The notes beneath the pieces are model-generated. The model saw nothing but the letters and a program-made list of their open reading frames with translations. It was not told the origin of the DNA and did not search any database. A stretch of 64,000 nt of DNA from positions 17,050,110-17,114,109 of the forward strand of contig NC_134030.1 in assembly GCF_964204645.1 (NCBI RefSeq). Direction: 5' to 3'. The translations under genes and the position numbers were made by a program. Shown piece by piece: positions 1 to 10,100 of the stretch; position 1 is the first letter of the stretch, and each line of letters opens with the position of its first letter. The stretch comes from Tubulanus polymorphus. Taxonomy: Eukaryota > Animalia > Nemertea.

Positions 1-178
1 TAAATTCATTTATATCTTTATATTTAACTAAATTTTGTGGGATTATCTTATCTAATTTATCTTGTTTTACTTTACGCCATATATTTTCAGTAGAAGAATA
101 AGTAACCGAACTCTCAGGGTTGTAATATAAATTTCTTAAATATTGTTCTTTAGTATTAGGAGTTTTTTTACCACCCAT
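1..178 (-). CDS. Polinton retroviral-like integrase, N-terminus (truncated by window edge)
   Basis: Manual translation from ATG at 178: MGGKKTPNTKEQYLRNLYYNPESSVTYSSTENIWRKVKQDKLDKIIPQNLVKYKDINEF, open to the edge. Fits the Polinton integrase N-terminal pattern L..(I/L)YY(D/N)P..S(F/Y)S....(L/I)(Y/W)..VK. The catalytic core is not in the window. Confidence 0.7.
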   Translation of the reverse strand, partial: MGGKKTPNTKEQYLRNLYYNPESSVTYSSTENIWRKVKQDKLDKIIPQNLVKYKDINEF

Positions 179-208
179 TTATATATCCTTAATTTTAACT
201 TTATATTT

Positions 209-1456
209 CTAATATTGAATACTATCTAATTGTGAATTTACAATATTTAATTGTGCGTCAGATATAATATAAATGTGCATTTTAAAATTTTTGATTCCTT
301 TTTTCTTTTTCATGAATAATTGTATTCCATCTTTAGTGTTCTGTAGTTTTTTCCCACAACCATGTAATGAATTATCCTCTGTTGTTCTAAAATCTAACCA
401 TAATGCATATTTATTGCCGGTATAATAATCAATTTGATTAATATTACAATTTTCAAATGATTTTACTTTTTCATTCATAAAATGTTTTCTAATTTCTGGC
501 CATTGATCTATCATTCTCATTCCCTGACAAAATATTTTATTTGCTATTCCTTCGATAGTTATTTCTACTTTTGTTATTTCAGGATTATAATAATTATCAA
601 CCTTTATTGCGCCATTAGAATATGTTGCAATTGTAAAAAATATTAATATACCTTTAATAGATCTTCTTGGGAAGTTAATATTCTCATTAATCATTTCATC
701 ATTTGCATTAATAGTTACAGTTTTAAATTTATCAATATAATCATATAATGATGAAAATCCTTGATTGTATTGAGTTTGAATTGTGCTAGCAATATTTTCA
801 TTAGTAACTGTGTCATATTCTAAACATATATTCGATAATTTATAACCCATATCTTTAACAACGCTAGATAATACAATTTCATTAACAGGAGCAAATGTTA
901 TCTCAAATGTAATATCTTCTTGAATTGCGTATTTATATAAAGGTGCATTATTATTTATCAATTCAAAGTCTAATGGAATTTTATATTTGCTTCCATAAAT
1001 CTTTTTAATCAAATTATCTGTGGCACGAGTTACTATTGCGTCATTAGCTCCTGATCTTAATTTATTATGGTTTTCCGATTGAATACCCTGAAATATCATA
1101 TTATTTCTATTTTCTTTAGTTAACCATAAATCTTTATAATGCATAAATAAATTATAATCATCTAATGAGAAAACTGTTTCCGGACCAATCTTTATAGTTA
1201 ATTTTTTAATCAAATATCTTCCAACATTATCAACAACATAATTGTTATCATGGCCAGTTACTTTTATATCGGCTGATAAATAAATACTATTTGGAACATA
1301 AAAAGTATTTTGTGTTAATCTATGAATTCTAACATATAAAGTTTCACCAGGATTAATATTTGAAGGGTTATTAGTAATTATCTGATGTGATCTTTCTGCT
1401 TTAATAGCATTAGATATTCTAGAAATCTTAGAAGGACTTATATAACTCCCACTCAT
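209..1456 (-). CDS. Major capsid protein (double jelly-roll/hexon-like) of the Polinton
   Basis: 415 aa, beta-rich. The N-terminal KAERSHQIITNNPSNINPGETLYVRI and C-terminal ALWLDFRTTEDNSLHGCG..LQNTKDGIQL resemble invertebrate Polinton MCPs; size and position fit. Confidence 0.75.
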   Translation of the reverse strand: MSGSYISPSKISRISNAIKAERSHQIITNNPSNINPGETLYVRIHRLTQNTFYVPNSIYLSADIKVTGHDNNYVVDNVGRYLIKKLTIKIGPETVFSLDDYNLFMHYKDLWLTKENRNNMIFQGIQSENHNKLRSGANDAIVTRATDNLIKKIYGSKYKIPLDFELINNNAPLYKYAIQEDITFEITFAPVNEIVLSSVVKDMGYKLSNICLEYDTVTNENIASTIQTQYNQGFSSLYDYIDKFKTVTINANDEMINENINFPRRSIKGILIFFTIATYSNGAIKVDNYYNPEITKVEITIEGIANKIFCQGMRMIDQWPEIRKHFMNEKVKSFENCNINQIDYYTGNKYALWLDFRTTEDNSLHGCGKKLQNTKDGIQLFMKKKKGIKNFKMHIYIISDAQLNIVNSQLDSIQY

Positions 1457-1480
1457 TTATTAAACAAAAAAATTAATTGT

Positions 1481-2946
1481 TTATTTTTTATTATTTTTTT
1501 CTTGATATCTTTTTGATATCATATTCACTAACCCAAAAATAATAGCACTTACAACTGTAATTAAAAATAAAATAATATGTTCAGCAGCAAAGTTAAGAAT
1601 ATTCCCAGCAGATTTCAATATAAAACCAACAATTGATGCAATAATTCCTGGTAATGCTGCAGCAGATTTTTTAGATAGTTCCCATAAATATTTTGCTAAT
1701 TTCTTTAAACCATCCTTAACTTTATCTTGTATAGAATTATTATCATTCGGGGGTTTATCCGGTTTATTGGGAGTAGGAGTAGATTTCAAAGCATTTGATA
1801 TTGCTAAACCAATTGGTGTAAATAACATAGTTACAGCTGTTAGAATTGAAAGAATTGTTATTCCTTCTAATTTAAATAATAACTTTATTCTATCTTTCAG
1901 TGATATTTCAGAATTTGGTTTTATCAATAAATCTTTAAAAATAACTTTTAATCTATTTATATTATAATCATATGATTTTAATGATAATTTAATTTCTTCT
2001 TTTTGTACTTCTAAATTATCCTTTAAATTATTAATTTCTTTTTCTAAATATGCATTTCTTTTTTTAAATTCGATTTCTTCAATAACTTTATTATCTCTAT
2101 CTAATTTTAATTGTTCTATTTCTTTATTTTTATCAGTTAATTCTTTTTCCAAATACATAATTTTTTGATCTCTTATACTTTTATTATGCGCAATTTTATC
2201 AGATGCAAGTCTTATACTAATAATTTCTCTAATTGCTTTATCAGAAAATATATCTAAATCTTCTAATTCTTGATCTGTTGCATCAAGTAATCCATTCGGT
2301 AAAAGTTTTTCAATTGGAACTTTATTTGATTTAAGTTTACTATTTTTGGAAGTTATATTCTGTTCAGAAGTTGTTTCTGTTTCTGATTTCTTTTTGATTA
2401 TTTCAAATAATTCATTAATTCTTTGTTTAAATACGTCTATATTATCATCTATATTATCATTTCTTTTTGTGTAACATCAGTTATTTCATTACTATTACTT
2501 ATTATTTTAATTCTATCTGGTTTTAATTTTTCTAAAGTTGATTCTGATAATATTTTATTTTCATTATTTTTATAAGTGATATCAATATAATAATCACCTT
2601 TCAAACGATAATAACATTTACCATTATCTAAAAATTTTAATTGATCTGCTAAAAGTCCAACGTCTTCATCATTTATGTTAAGTTTAGATTTTTCAATTAA
2701 ATCTTCTAATTTAGGTATTTTGTTTAAATTATCTAAATCTTGTTTTACTAAATCTGGGTCTAAATTTTCAGGATTTAATTGTGATTCAGCATTTTTAATA
2801 TAATCAGGCATATTCAAATTATTATTGTATTCTGGCTCATTACCATCATTAAAACTTGTTTCATCAAAATCAGGTGGTTGTTCATCAGTTATGCCAGGTT
2901 CATCAAAATTATCAATTCCAATATCTTCTCCACCCTCTACATCCAT
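1481..2946 (-). pseudogene. Coiled-coil plus C-terminal multi-helix membrane protein, split by a frameshift near 2462-2468 (ORFs 2449-2946 and 1481-2158 are one gene)
   Basis: The frame of 1481-2158 stays open upstream to about 2461 (NDNIDDNIDVFKQRINELFE...RDQKI|MYLEK). Only the ATG at 2946 has the shared upstream motif. Hydrophobic helices GITILSILTAVTMLF and LPGIIASIVGFIL. Confidence 0.7.
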
Positions 2947-2962
2947 TTATATAATAAAAAAA

Positions 2963-3976
2963 TTAAAATTTAAAATATAATATTCCTCCGATTACAATTC
3001 CTATACAAGTTAAAGCTAATTTAGTATTTTCATGGGATTTATTATCATTATCAGTTTTAATTATATCATGTTGAATATTATCAGTTTTAATATTTTCTGT
3101 AGTATTGTAATCTTTTATTTTGGAATCATTATCCAATTTAATATTCTTAGTTTTAGTTTCTGTTGATTGAATATGTTTTTTATTTTTTTCACCTTCCATT
3201 AATTTTGGAGCAGTAATTATCTTTTTATTTATATCATTCAATCCAAATGAATTATTTATTGTTGCAGTTTTAATTAGATTATTATAACCAATTATGTTTC
3301 CCATCTTTAATACTAAATCATTAGAAATAATTAATAGATTAGGGCCTATACAATAATTTAATCTAATATGTGATTTATCTAAATAATTTTGATATCTTAC
3401 AATGTTTTCTGGAATCGATCTATTTTTATCATTATGTATGGAATCTTCAAATAATACTTTGAATTGTTTCTGCGTATCAAATGATGTATTTAAATTTCCA
3501 ATTATTGGGGATCTTGTTTCAACTTGTGCACCTAGAATACATATCAAATAAGTTCTAATAGATTGATTTATTCTTTGTATACCTGATTTTGTAAAACCTT
3601 CATTATTTTCTAAAATGAAATAAACCCAACCATTATTGTTTTCTTGTTTTAAATTATCATAAAATGTCGGTAATTTATTGAAATTTAATGTTTCTAAATC
3701 CTTAGTTTCTATTTTACCATAACCTAATTTATTACTATAGATATTATACAAACTATTAGATGGTATGGGAAGTGTTGCTAGAAATGTTATTAAGGAACTA
3801 ATTGTAACCGAACCACTTATAATCAAATAATATATAATTTTACTTTTTAGATATTTTTTCTTTTTTATCTTTAAGTCACTTTCAAATTCTAATATTTGTT
3901 TTTCTAAATATATTTTTAATTTAGTTTTATTTATATCATGAGGAATAATATCAATATTATCAACTTTATCTTCCAT
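2963..3976 (-). CDS. Polinton hypothetical protein with N-proximal and C-terminal transmembrane segments
   Basis: 337-aa ORF with the shared upstream motif; hydrophobic IIYYLIISGSVTISSLITFLA and C-terminal LALTCIGIVIGGILYF. Confidence 0.7.
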   Translation of the reverse strand: MEDKVDNIDIIPHDINKTKLKIYLEKQILEFESDLKIKKKKYLKSKIIYYLIISGSVTISSLITFLATLPIPSNSLYNIYSNKLGYGKIETKDLETLNFNKLPTFYDNLKQENNNGWVYFILENNEGFTKSGIQRINQSIRTYLICILGAQVETRSPIIGNLNTSFDTQKQFKVLFEDSIHNDKNRSIPENIVRYQNYLDKSHIRLNYCIGPNLLIISNDLVLKMGNIIGYNNLIKTATINNSFGLNDINKKIITAPKLMEGEKNKKHIQSTETKTKNIKLDNDSKIKDYNTTENIKTDNIQHDIIKTDNDNKSHENTKLALTCIGIVIGGILYFKF

Positions 3977-3995
3977 TTATTTAGCAAAAAAATTA

Positions 3996-4418
3996 CTAAT
4001 TAGTAAACTTATAAGCAACAAATATAACAATAACAGTTCCGCCTAAAATCCAAATTATCTTATATTTCTTCTGTTCATTACTTGGGGTATAATAATCTGA
4101 TAATTTAGGTTTGTATAGATGTAATTTTTCTTTATTTGTTACCGCGTTATATAAACTCATTGCATCATCGACTGATTGAAAATCTCTATGTGAAATCTTC
4201 TGATCATATAATTCTTTATTGATATAATCCATATAGTTTTGTCTCTTTTCTCTATATTCTTCTGCAGCTTTATTATATTTCTCTAACGCTAAGTTATGTC
4301 TTCTTTGTTCTCCTAATGAACTATTTTTATCAATATGTTTAAATAAATAACCACCACCAGTAAATGCTAAAGCGTTAACAATTGCTGATCCTATAATAGT
4401 TATAATTGCAGAAGCCAT
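3996..4418 (-). CDS. Polinton small membrane-anchored coiled-coil protein
   Basis: 140 aa; hydrophobic N- and C-termini around a charged helix (EQRRHNLALEKY); shared upstream motif. Confidence 0.75.
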   Translation of the reverse strand: MASAIITIIGSAIVNALAFTGGGYLFKHIDKNSSLGEQRRHNLALEKYNKAAEEYREKRQNYMDYINKELYDQKISHRDFQSVDDAMSLYNAVTNKEKLHLYKPKLSDYYTPSNEQKKYKIIWILGGTVIVIFVAYKFTN

Positions 4419-4443
4419 TTATTTAGCAAAAAAAATTACGCAT

Positions 4444-4665
4444 TTATATGGGAGGAATATATTTTTGTTTTTCCAAATAATCAATAGTTAAATTAGATAA
4501 AGTAACTGCTAATGTTAATTTTAAAATATCATTTATATCAAATCTATCAACATTAACACTTCCCATTTTGAATACTTTTTTTAATACCATTGAATAACCA
4601 ACAGTTCCAACTGATAGTAAGGCGCCATTATATAATCCAGTTATTATCCACTTATTATCACTCAT
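4444..4665 (-). CDS. Polinton small hydrophobic protein
   Basis: 73 aa with two hydrophobic helices; the ATG directly follows the TAA of the upstream gene (TAAATG). Confidence 0.7.
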   Translation of the reverse strand: MSDNKWIITGLYNGALLSVGTVGYSMVLKKVFKMGSVNVDRFDINDILKLTLAVTLSNLTIDYLEKQKYIPPI

Positions 4666-5022
4666 TTATTTATCAAAAGAATTACTATCATCAAAATATT
4701 TAGTTATCTTATTTATGATTAATTCAACATTTATTTCATTACTAGTTTCATTTGTATATATTTCAATTATTATTTTTTTAATATCATCTACAATAAAACC
4801 TTCATCTAATTCATAAAATCTTAAAGATTCTCCAATTAAATTAGTAATCTTTTCTACATTTAAAGTTTCTTTATCTATTGTTGTTTTATACTCAAATGTT
4901 GTTTCATTAGAAAATTCAATATTTTTGATATGTGTAATTACATCATTAATGTTAAATTTCATTTCTTTCTCACATTTAAAATCAAATCCAAAACATATAC
5001 TCGGTCCAACAGTTATATTCAT
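4666..5022 (-). CDS. Polinton hypothetical acidic protein
   Basis: 118-aa ORF, tightly packed, with the shared upstream motif. Confidence 0.6.
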   Translation of the reverse strand: MNITVGPSICFGFDFKCEKEMKFNINDVITHIKNIEFSNETTFEYKTTIDKETLNVEKITNLIGESLRFYELDEGFIVDDIKKIIIEIYTNETSNEINVELIINKITKYFDDSNSFDK

Positions 5023-5038
5023 TTATATAATGAAAAAA

Positions 5039-5797
5039 TTACTCTTTACATCTTATAACTAATTCATAAATTACAGGAAAGTTATTCAAATCAATTAAAT
5101 ATCCATTATGATTTCTTATTTCTAATTTAAAATTATTGAAATGTGGAATACAAGGTTTGAAATCACATTCATATAAATTATAATTTATTTGAGTTCCAAA
5201 TTGTTTGACATTTTTTAATGGTAAAATATTTAATAAACCAGAATTACAAATTGTATCTTTAGTTGCTTCAAATGTTTTTGTTGGGTCAATCAAATTGCAA
5301 TAAATATAAAAATGTGTAAAAGGTATTAAGTTTGATCTACCTTCTGCGTATGCTGTAACAATATCTGGGTTAATTCCTAACAGTTTACCTAAAGGTTTTC
5401 TTACTGTAAATTTAAATTGTTCGTCATTAGCTAACCTAATCTTTATTTTATTAGAACTATCACTTTTTAAAATTCTAATACTAAATCCGGAATCACTTCC
5501 TAATTTAGCTCGAGCTTTTCTATTAATTTCTTGTGCTAATGTATCTAAATTATATAATCCTGGTTTTAAATATAAAAAAAACCATTTATTCCTTTTTTTG
5601 TAAAAGATTGAAAAAATTAAATGTTCTAGACTTTTATCCGATACATTATAAAAAGAATTACATCAACTTATATTTACTAATTTTAAATCAACACAATTCT
5701 TAAATTCTCTATCTAATTGAACTATTAAATTACGAGATTTATAATTTGTAAGTTTTCTAGAATCAACAAATATTCTGTATTCTTTTAATTCTACCAT
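5039..5797 (-). pseudogene. Minor capsid (penton, single jelly-roll)-like gene with a premature TGA at 5663-5665
   Basis: Manual translation from ATG 5797 is in frame with ORF 5039-5293: MVELKEYRIFVDSR...VNIS*CNSFYNV...LKPGLYNLDTL...LGKLLGI...FYIYCNLID...FKLEIRNHNGYLIDLNNFPVIYELVIR. These are penton-like motifs; about 252 codons with a single stop. Confidence 0.75.
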
Positions 5798-5865
5798 TAT
5801 TTATAACATAAAAAAATTACCGCTCATCACTAAAAATTAATTTTAATAAAATTTTTCCTTAATAA

Positions 5866-7182
5866 ATGGATGAGAAGATAGCATGCAAAATTTGTGGTGA
5901 ACTTCTAAGAAAAAGTAATATGGCTCGACATATGAAAAAACATGATGAAAATTATAAACCCCCTAAACTAAACTGTCCAAAATGTAATAAATTATTCTCA
6001 AGAAATTATGTTAAAAAACATTCAGAGAAGTGTAGAATTAATGGCGCAACGGCTAATGTTGATAGTAATGACTGTAATAGTAATTCTGCCGAAGTTGAAC
6101 CTGAAGTTATTTGGAAAAGACCTTTCTTATTCTATGATAAGGATAATATAAAAGATCATTTCTGTGAGCCTTGTCGAATAAAATATAGCCCTGAAAATAT
6201 AGAAGATTGGGAGAATCATCAATTTCGTAAAGTACATATAGATAAAATTTCTAATAAATTTGAAACTGAATTCAATGAAAGAAAAAATAATTTATTAGAA
6301 AAAATAAAATATGAGAAAACGTTACCAGATAATAAAGAAACAGTTGAAAAGTTAGAAAAACAATATAATGAATTAACAAGAAAATCATATTATTGTAAAT
6401 ATTGTAAATTGATTATTACAACAAGTAATTCAAATCTACATAATAGAACAATAAAACATAAAGAAAACGTAAGAAAATACCAAGAGCTTAATGAAGATCT
6501 ATTACCAATAAATTATAAACGAAAATGTCCACAATGTAGTTATGCGACCTTAAGACAAGAAGGTACTGTGTTATTTTGTAATGAATGTGGATGGCAAAAG
6601 AATTTATTGGGTGAAGAAAAAACTAGAAATTTTCTCTTAGATCCAAAATTAAATTATCTTGATGAAATTTTTAAAATATTTTCTATAGAAGATCATACAC
6701 CAGAATATATGCAATGGCTTGAAAAAATGAAAATAATAGAAAATGAAAATGGTGAAATAACTAAAAAAGATATTATAAAAACAATTATTCCATCAACATT
6801 TAACACAAAACAAAAGAAAATGTATTTATATTTATTATTTAACGATTATTATGAAAAACCTAAATTAACAGAAGAAGATATGAAAAATATAAAAAAAATA
6901 TTCAAACAAATATTAATGTATCATTTGGAAAATAGAATAACAGATTCAATAAATTATGAATTCTTTTTAAATAAGATTGTAAATTATTTAAACATAGATA
7001 TTATAATTCCATTTGATGAATTAACAAACAAAAAGAAACAAAGAGAGCGAGATGAAATGTGGAACAAGGTAGAACTTTATTTAAATGAGAAAAATGAAAT
7101 GGAGGAAGAACCTAAACAATTAAATGAAAATGAAGAAGCCAATAGTGATTTAGATTATGATGATATTGATTTTATGTTTTAA
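5866..7182 (+). CDS. Multi-zinc-finger protein with a C-terminal VLTF3-like (NCLDV late transcription factor 3) domain
   Basis: C2H2-type fingers (CKICG..HMKKH, CPKC..H..C, CEPC..H..H, CKYC..H..H), a C4 ribbon CPQC-x13-CNECG, then PKLTEE..KKIFKQI..NYEFFLNKIVNYL..KKQRERDEMWNKV, which resembles the VLTF3 C-terminal consensus. Confidence 0.7.
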   Translation: MDEKIACKICGELLRKSNMARHMKKHDENYKPPKLNCPKCNKLFSRNYVKKHSEKCRINGATANVDSNDCNSNSAEVEPEVIWKRPFLFYDKDNIKDHFCEPCRIKYSPENIEDWENHQFRKVHIDKISNKFETEFNERKNNLLEKIKYEKTLPDNKETVEKLEKQYNELTRKSYYCKYCKLIITTSNSNLHNRTIKHKENVRKYQELNEDLLPINYKRKCPQCSYATLRQEGTVLFCNECGWQKNLLGEEKTRNFLLDPKLNYLDEIFKIFSIEDHTPEYMQWLEKMKIIENENGEITKKDIIKTIIPSTFNTKQKKMYLYLLFNDYYEKPKLTEEDMKNIKKIFKQILMYHLENRITDSINYEFFLNKIVNYLNIDIIIPFDELTNKKKQRERDEMWNKVELYLNEKNEMEEEPKQLNENEEANSDLDYDDIDFMF

Positions 7183-10100
7183 TGACCATAAGGTAATGTT
7201 TTTATACCATCATCTAAAATATGCCTTTTATCATCAAATGGATTTAAACTAGTTTTTTCAACTTCATTAATGTACATCTCATGATCTTCTGATCTTAAAC
7301 AATTCATTTTATGTTTCATTACAATTGATTTATATAAACACTTTATATAATCTTGAAATTCTATAAATTCTACAACCACATGTTTTGTTATTCCTTTTAA
7401 CTTTTTAGCTTCGTGATCTTTTGTTCTGTAACTATACATTTTACTTCTTATCCCAACAAATTCAATCATTTCATCACCCCCTAATTCATCTTTAAATTTA
7501 CCAGGAATCTTTTTATTATCATTGCTAAATAGTTCATGATCTTTGGGATAATTGCTAAAATCAAAATGATGTTTTAATGTTTTTAAGTCTTTTGTTATGT
7601 CATTTGTCTTGATTTTTAGTATGTAACTGTCGGTATTTTTTTGGATTAATGGGAACCCAGAATTGAATGTTCCATCATCTGTTGATAAATCATAAACATA
7701 ATCTGTTGGGTTATATATTTCAAATAAATCTTTAACTTCTTCTGTTAATTCTTTTTCTACATGCCTTAAATTAAAACAATTTGGTTTAGATTTAATTAAT
7801 TCTATATTCATATTAAATCCTAATGAACTGCATAATATATTTAATCCTGATATAGCAACTTTTCCTTTCTGTGCAAATGTTATCTTTTTATCCTTTGTAA
7901 ATTTTTTAGTGCCATCTGCGGCATAGAATCCAATGAAGAACCACTTTCTTAAATTATTTTTTGCATTTAATACATAATCTGGTACTATCTTTTCTTTTGT
8001 TGAAGTATTACTTTTCACTATTGCATGAATATAGAATTCATCATTATATTTTATAGCAAAATCTTTAGGATTATTCACATGTATTCTATAACATTGCGAT
8101 GATTTCATAACATCTATGATTTTGAATGTTTTATGTGAATAAACTTCTTCACAGAATTTCTTAATTCTTTCTAATAATTTTAAGTCTTGATTGCATAAAT
8201 ACCAACAATATTTTTTACCCCAAACATAATTATACACACCTGCTGAACCATCACCCAGGAAAAATCCTTTGATAAAATATTCTTTTTCTTCTAATGTTTC
8301 GGGTTCTATATTATAAATATTATCAATTATTTCATCAAATGACATATGATTCATTCTTTGGAAAAATCTTTTATGTAATAATTCATCTCCAATTTTTATA
8401 CCAGTTGGTTTTATTTCATCACCATTTCGTTTAATTAAATTATGATCTTCTGTAACATCTACAAATCCTAATTTAGTTCTAACTCTATAGATTTTCTTAT
8501 TTGTTTTATGTCTAATAATATTCTTTAATTTTTTCCATCCATTTCTTGTCCAAACATCCATTAATCCATTTATTTGTATTAATTCTTTTTCACCATATGA
8601 AATATAACATTCATTTTGTTTTGGAATTATTTCTGAAATTCTTCTTATCAATATTTTATCATTACATTTTAATAATATTGGGGTGTCAGCTGTTACAGAA
8701 TCAAAATATAATATTTCAATATGCTTTTCCCCAAAAAGTGGTTGTAAAACATTATAATAAAAATCATACATTAATAATTTTGATACTTCTAAAACAGTCG
8801 AACCAATAAATATAGGTTTATTAAATTTCATTAACGTTCTTTTTAATTTAACTGCTGTTAAATAATCTTCAAATCTTTTATTTCCTAAATGTCTAGGACT
8901 TGATTGTAAATGTCTTAATCGTTCAGAATTATTTACTAATTCAATATCATTTCTATTTCTAATATTTTCGCATGTTTTACCATAAAAACTATTATTCATT
9001 AATTTGAAGAAATCTTTTTCAAAATCTGTTTTTGATATTGTTCTCTGTTGAGTATTGAAATCTATATATTTTTCTAACCACTTCGATTGATTAAATTCAA
9101 TATATCTATGTACTTTCTTTAATTTCATTCCTTGTTTTAGATAAAATTTTAACATTCTATAATGAACAATATAATTGTATTTATTATTTTGAGTAAGTAT
9201 TAATTTTTCTGTAAAAACATGATCTTTCGGTTTTATTTTCTTCTGGTATTCACTTAAATAACTATCATCTACAGTTAAATGTTCTGGGCAATAAGGTAAG
9301 TTTCTTGTTTTAAACTTTATATTTTCAGGATATTCTAAATCAACTACAAAGAAATAACCAATTGGTGCTTCATCTTTTAAACTCGCAATTGCGCTTTCCC
9401 AATCAGTTTTGTTATCATTTTCAACTTCTGTTAATATAAAATTTTTATATGGTTGAGGTTGCATCATTGCCCAACCATATAAATTATTGGCGTCAATATA
9501 TAATAATTTATATTCATCATTTGCTTTAAAATACCTATCTCCCATAACACCACTAATTCCACCTCTAATTGATTTTTCAAATAATAAAACCATATCTGGT
9601 TCTTTTAATAAATCTAATTCTACATTTGTATATTTGAAACCACATTGCCGGGTTAAACGAGGACTAGAGTAGCAATAACAAGGATCAACATTAAAATGAT
9701 TCAAATTAACTTCTCTAAATTTTTCAAATATGTCAGCCAATATCATAACATCTGATTTTAAATATAAATCAACTAATTCGCCATGATTTTTCATCTTAAA
9801 ATGGTTCCAAATATTTAATGTTCTATTAAACACTTCGTCTTTCACATACTCCTCTTTTAATTGATCATAAAATTGATCTTTTAATAATTCTGTTACATTA
9901 AAATCATCATGTGTTTTGTAAAATGAATAAGGAATTGCACCTTTATATCTCAATAATTTAAAATCTTGTTCATTTGGATAATAATATCGAGTTATAACAA
10001 AATCATTATCAACTAAACTTTTTGATAAATTATCTAATGAACTTGCTAGAAATCTATAAGAATCTAAAAATCTAATGCAACCAAATTGAAATGAAATATA

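Noticed and set aside
2455-2475. Programmed -1 frameshift joining ORFs 2449-2946 and 1481-2158
   Set aside because: No in-frame X XXY YYZ slippery heptamer or obvious downstream structure; a 1-nt loss in an A-run (mutation or assembly error) is simpler.
5663-5665. Selenocysteine or alternative-code TGA in the penton-like gene
   Set aside because: Single occurrence, TGG is used for Trp elsewhere in the element, and no SECIS is evident; probably a nonsense mutation.
1767-9672. Short plus-strand ORFs 1767-1967, 8546-8809 and 9487-9672
   Set aside because: Antisense shadows of real minus-strand genes, with no motifs or upstream signal.
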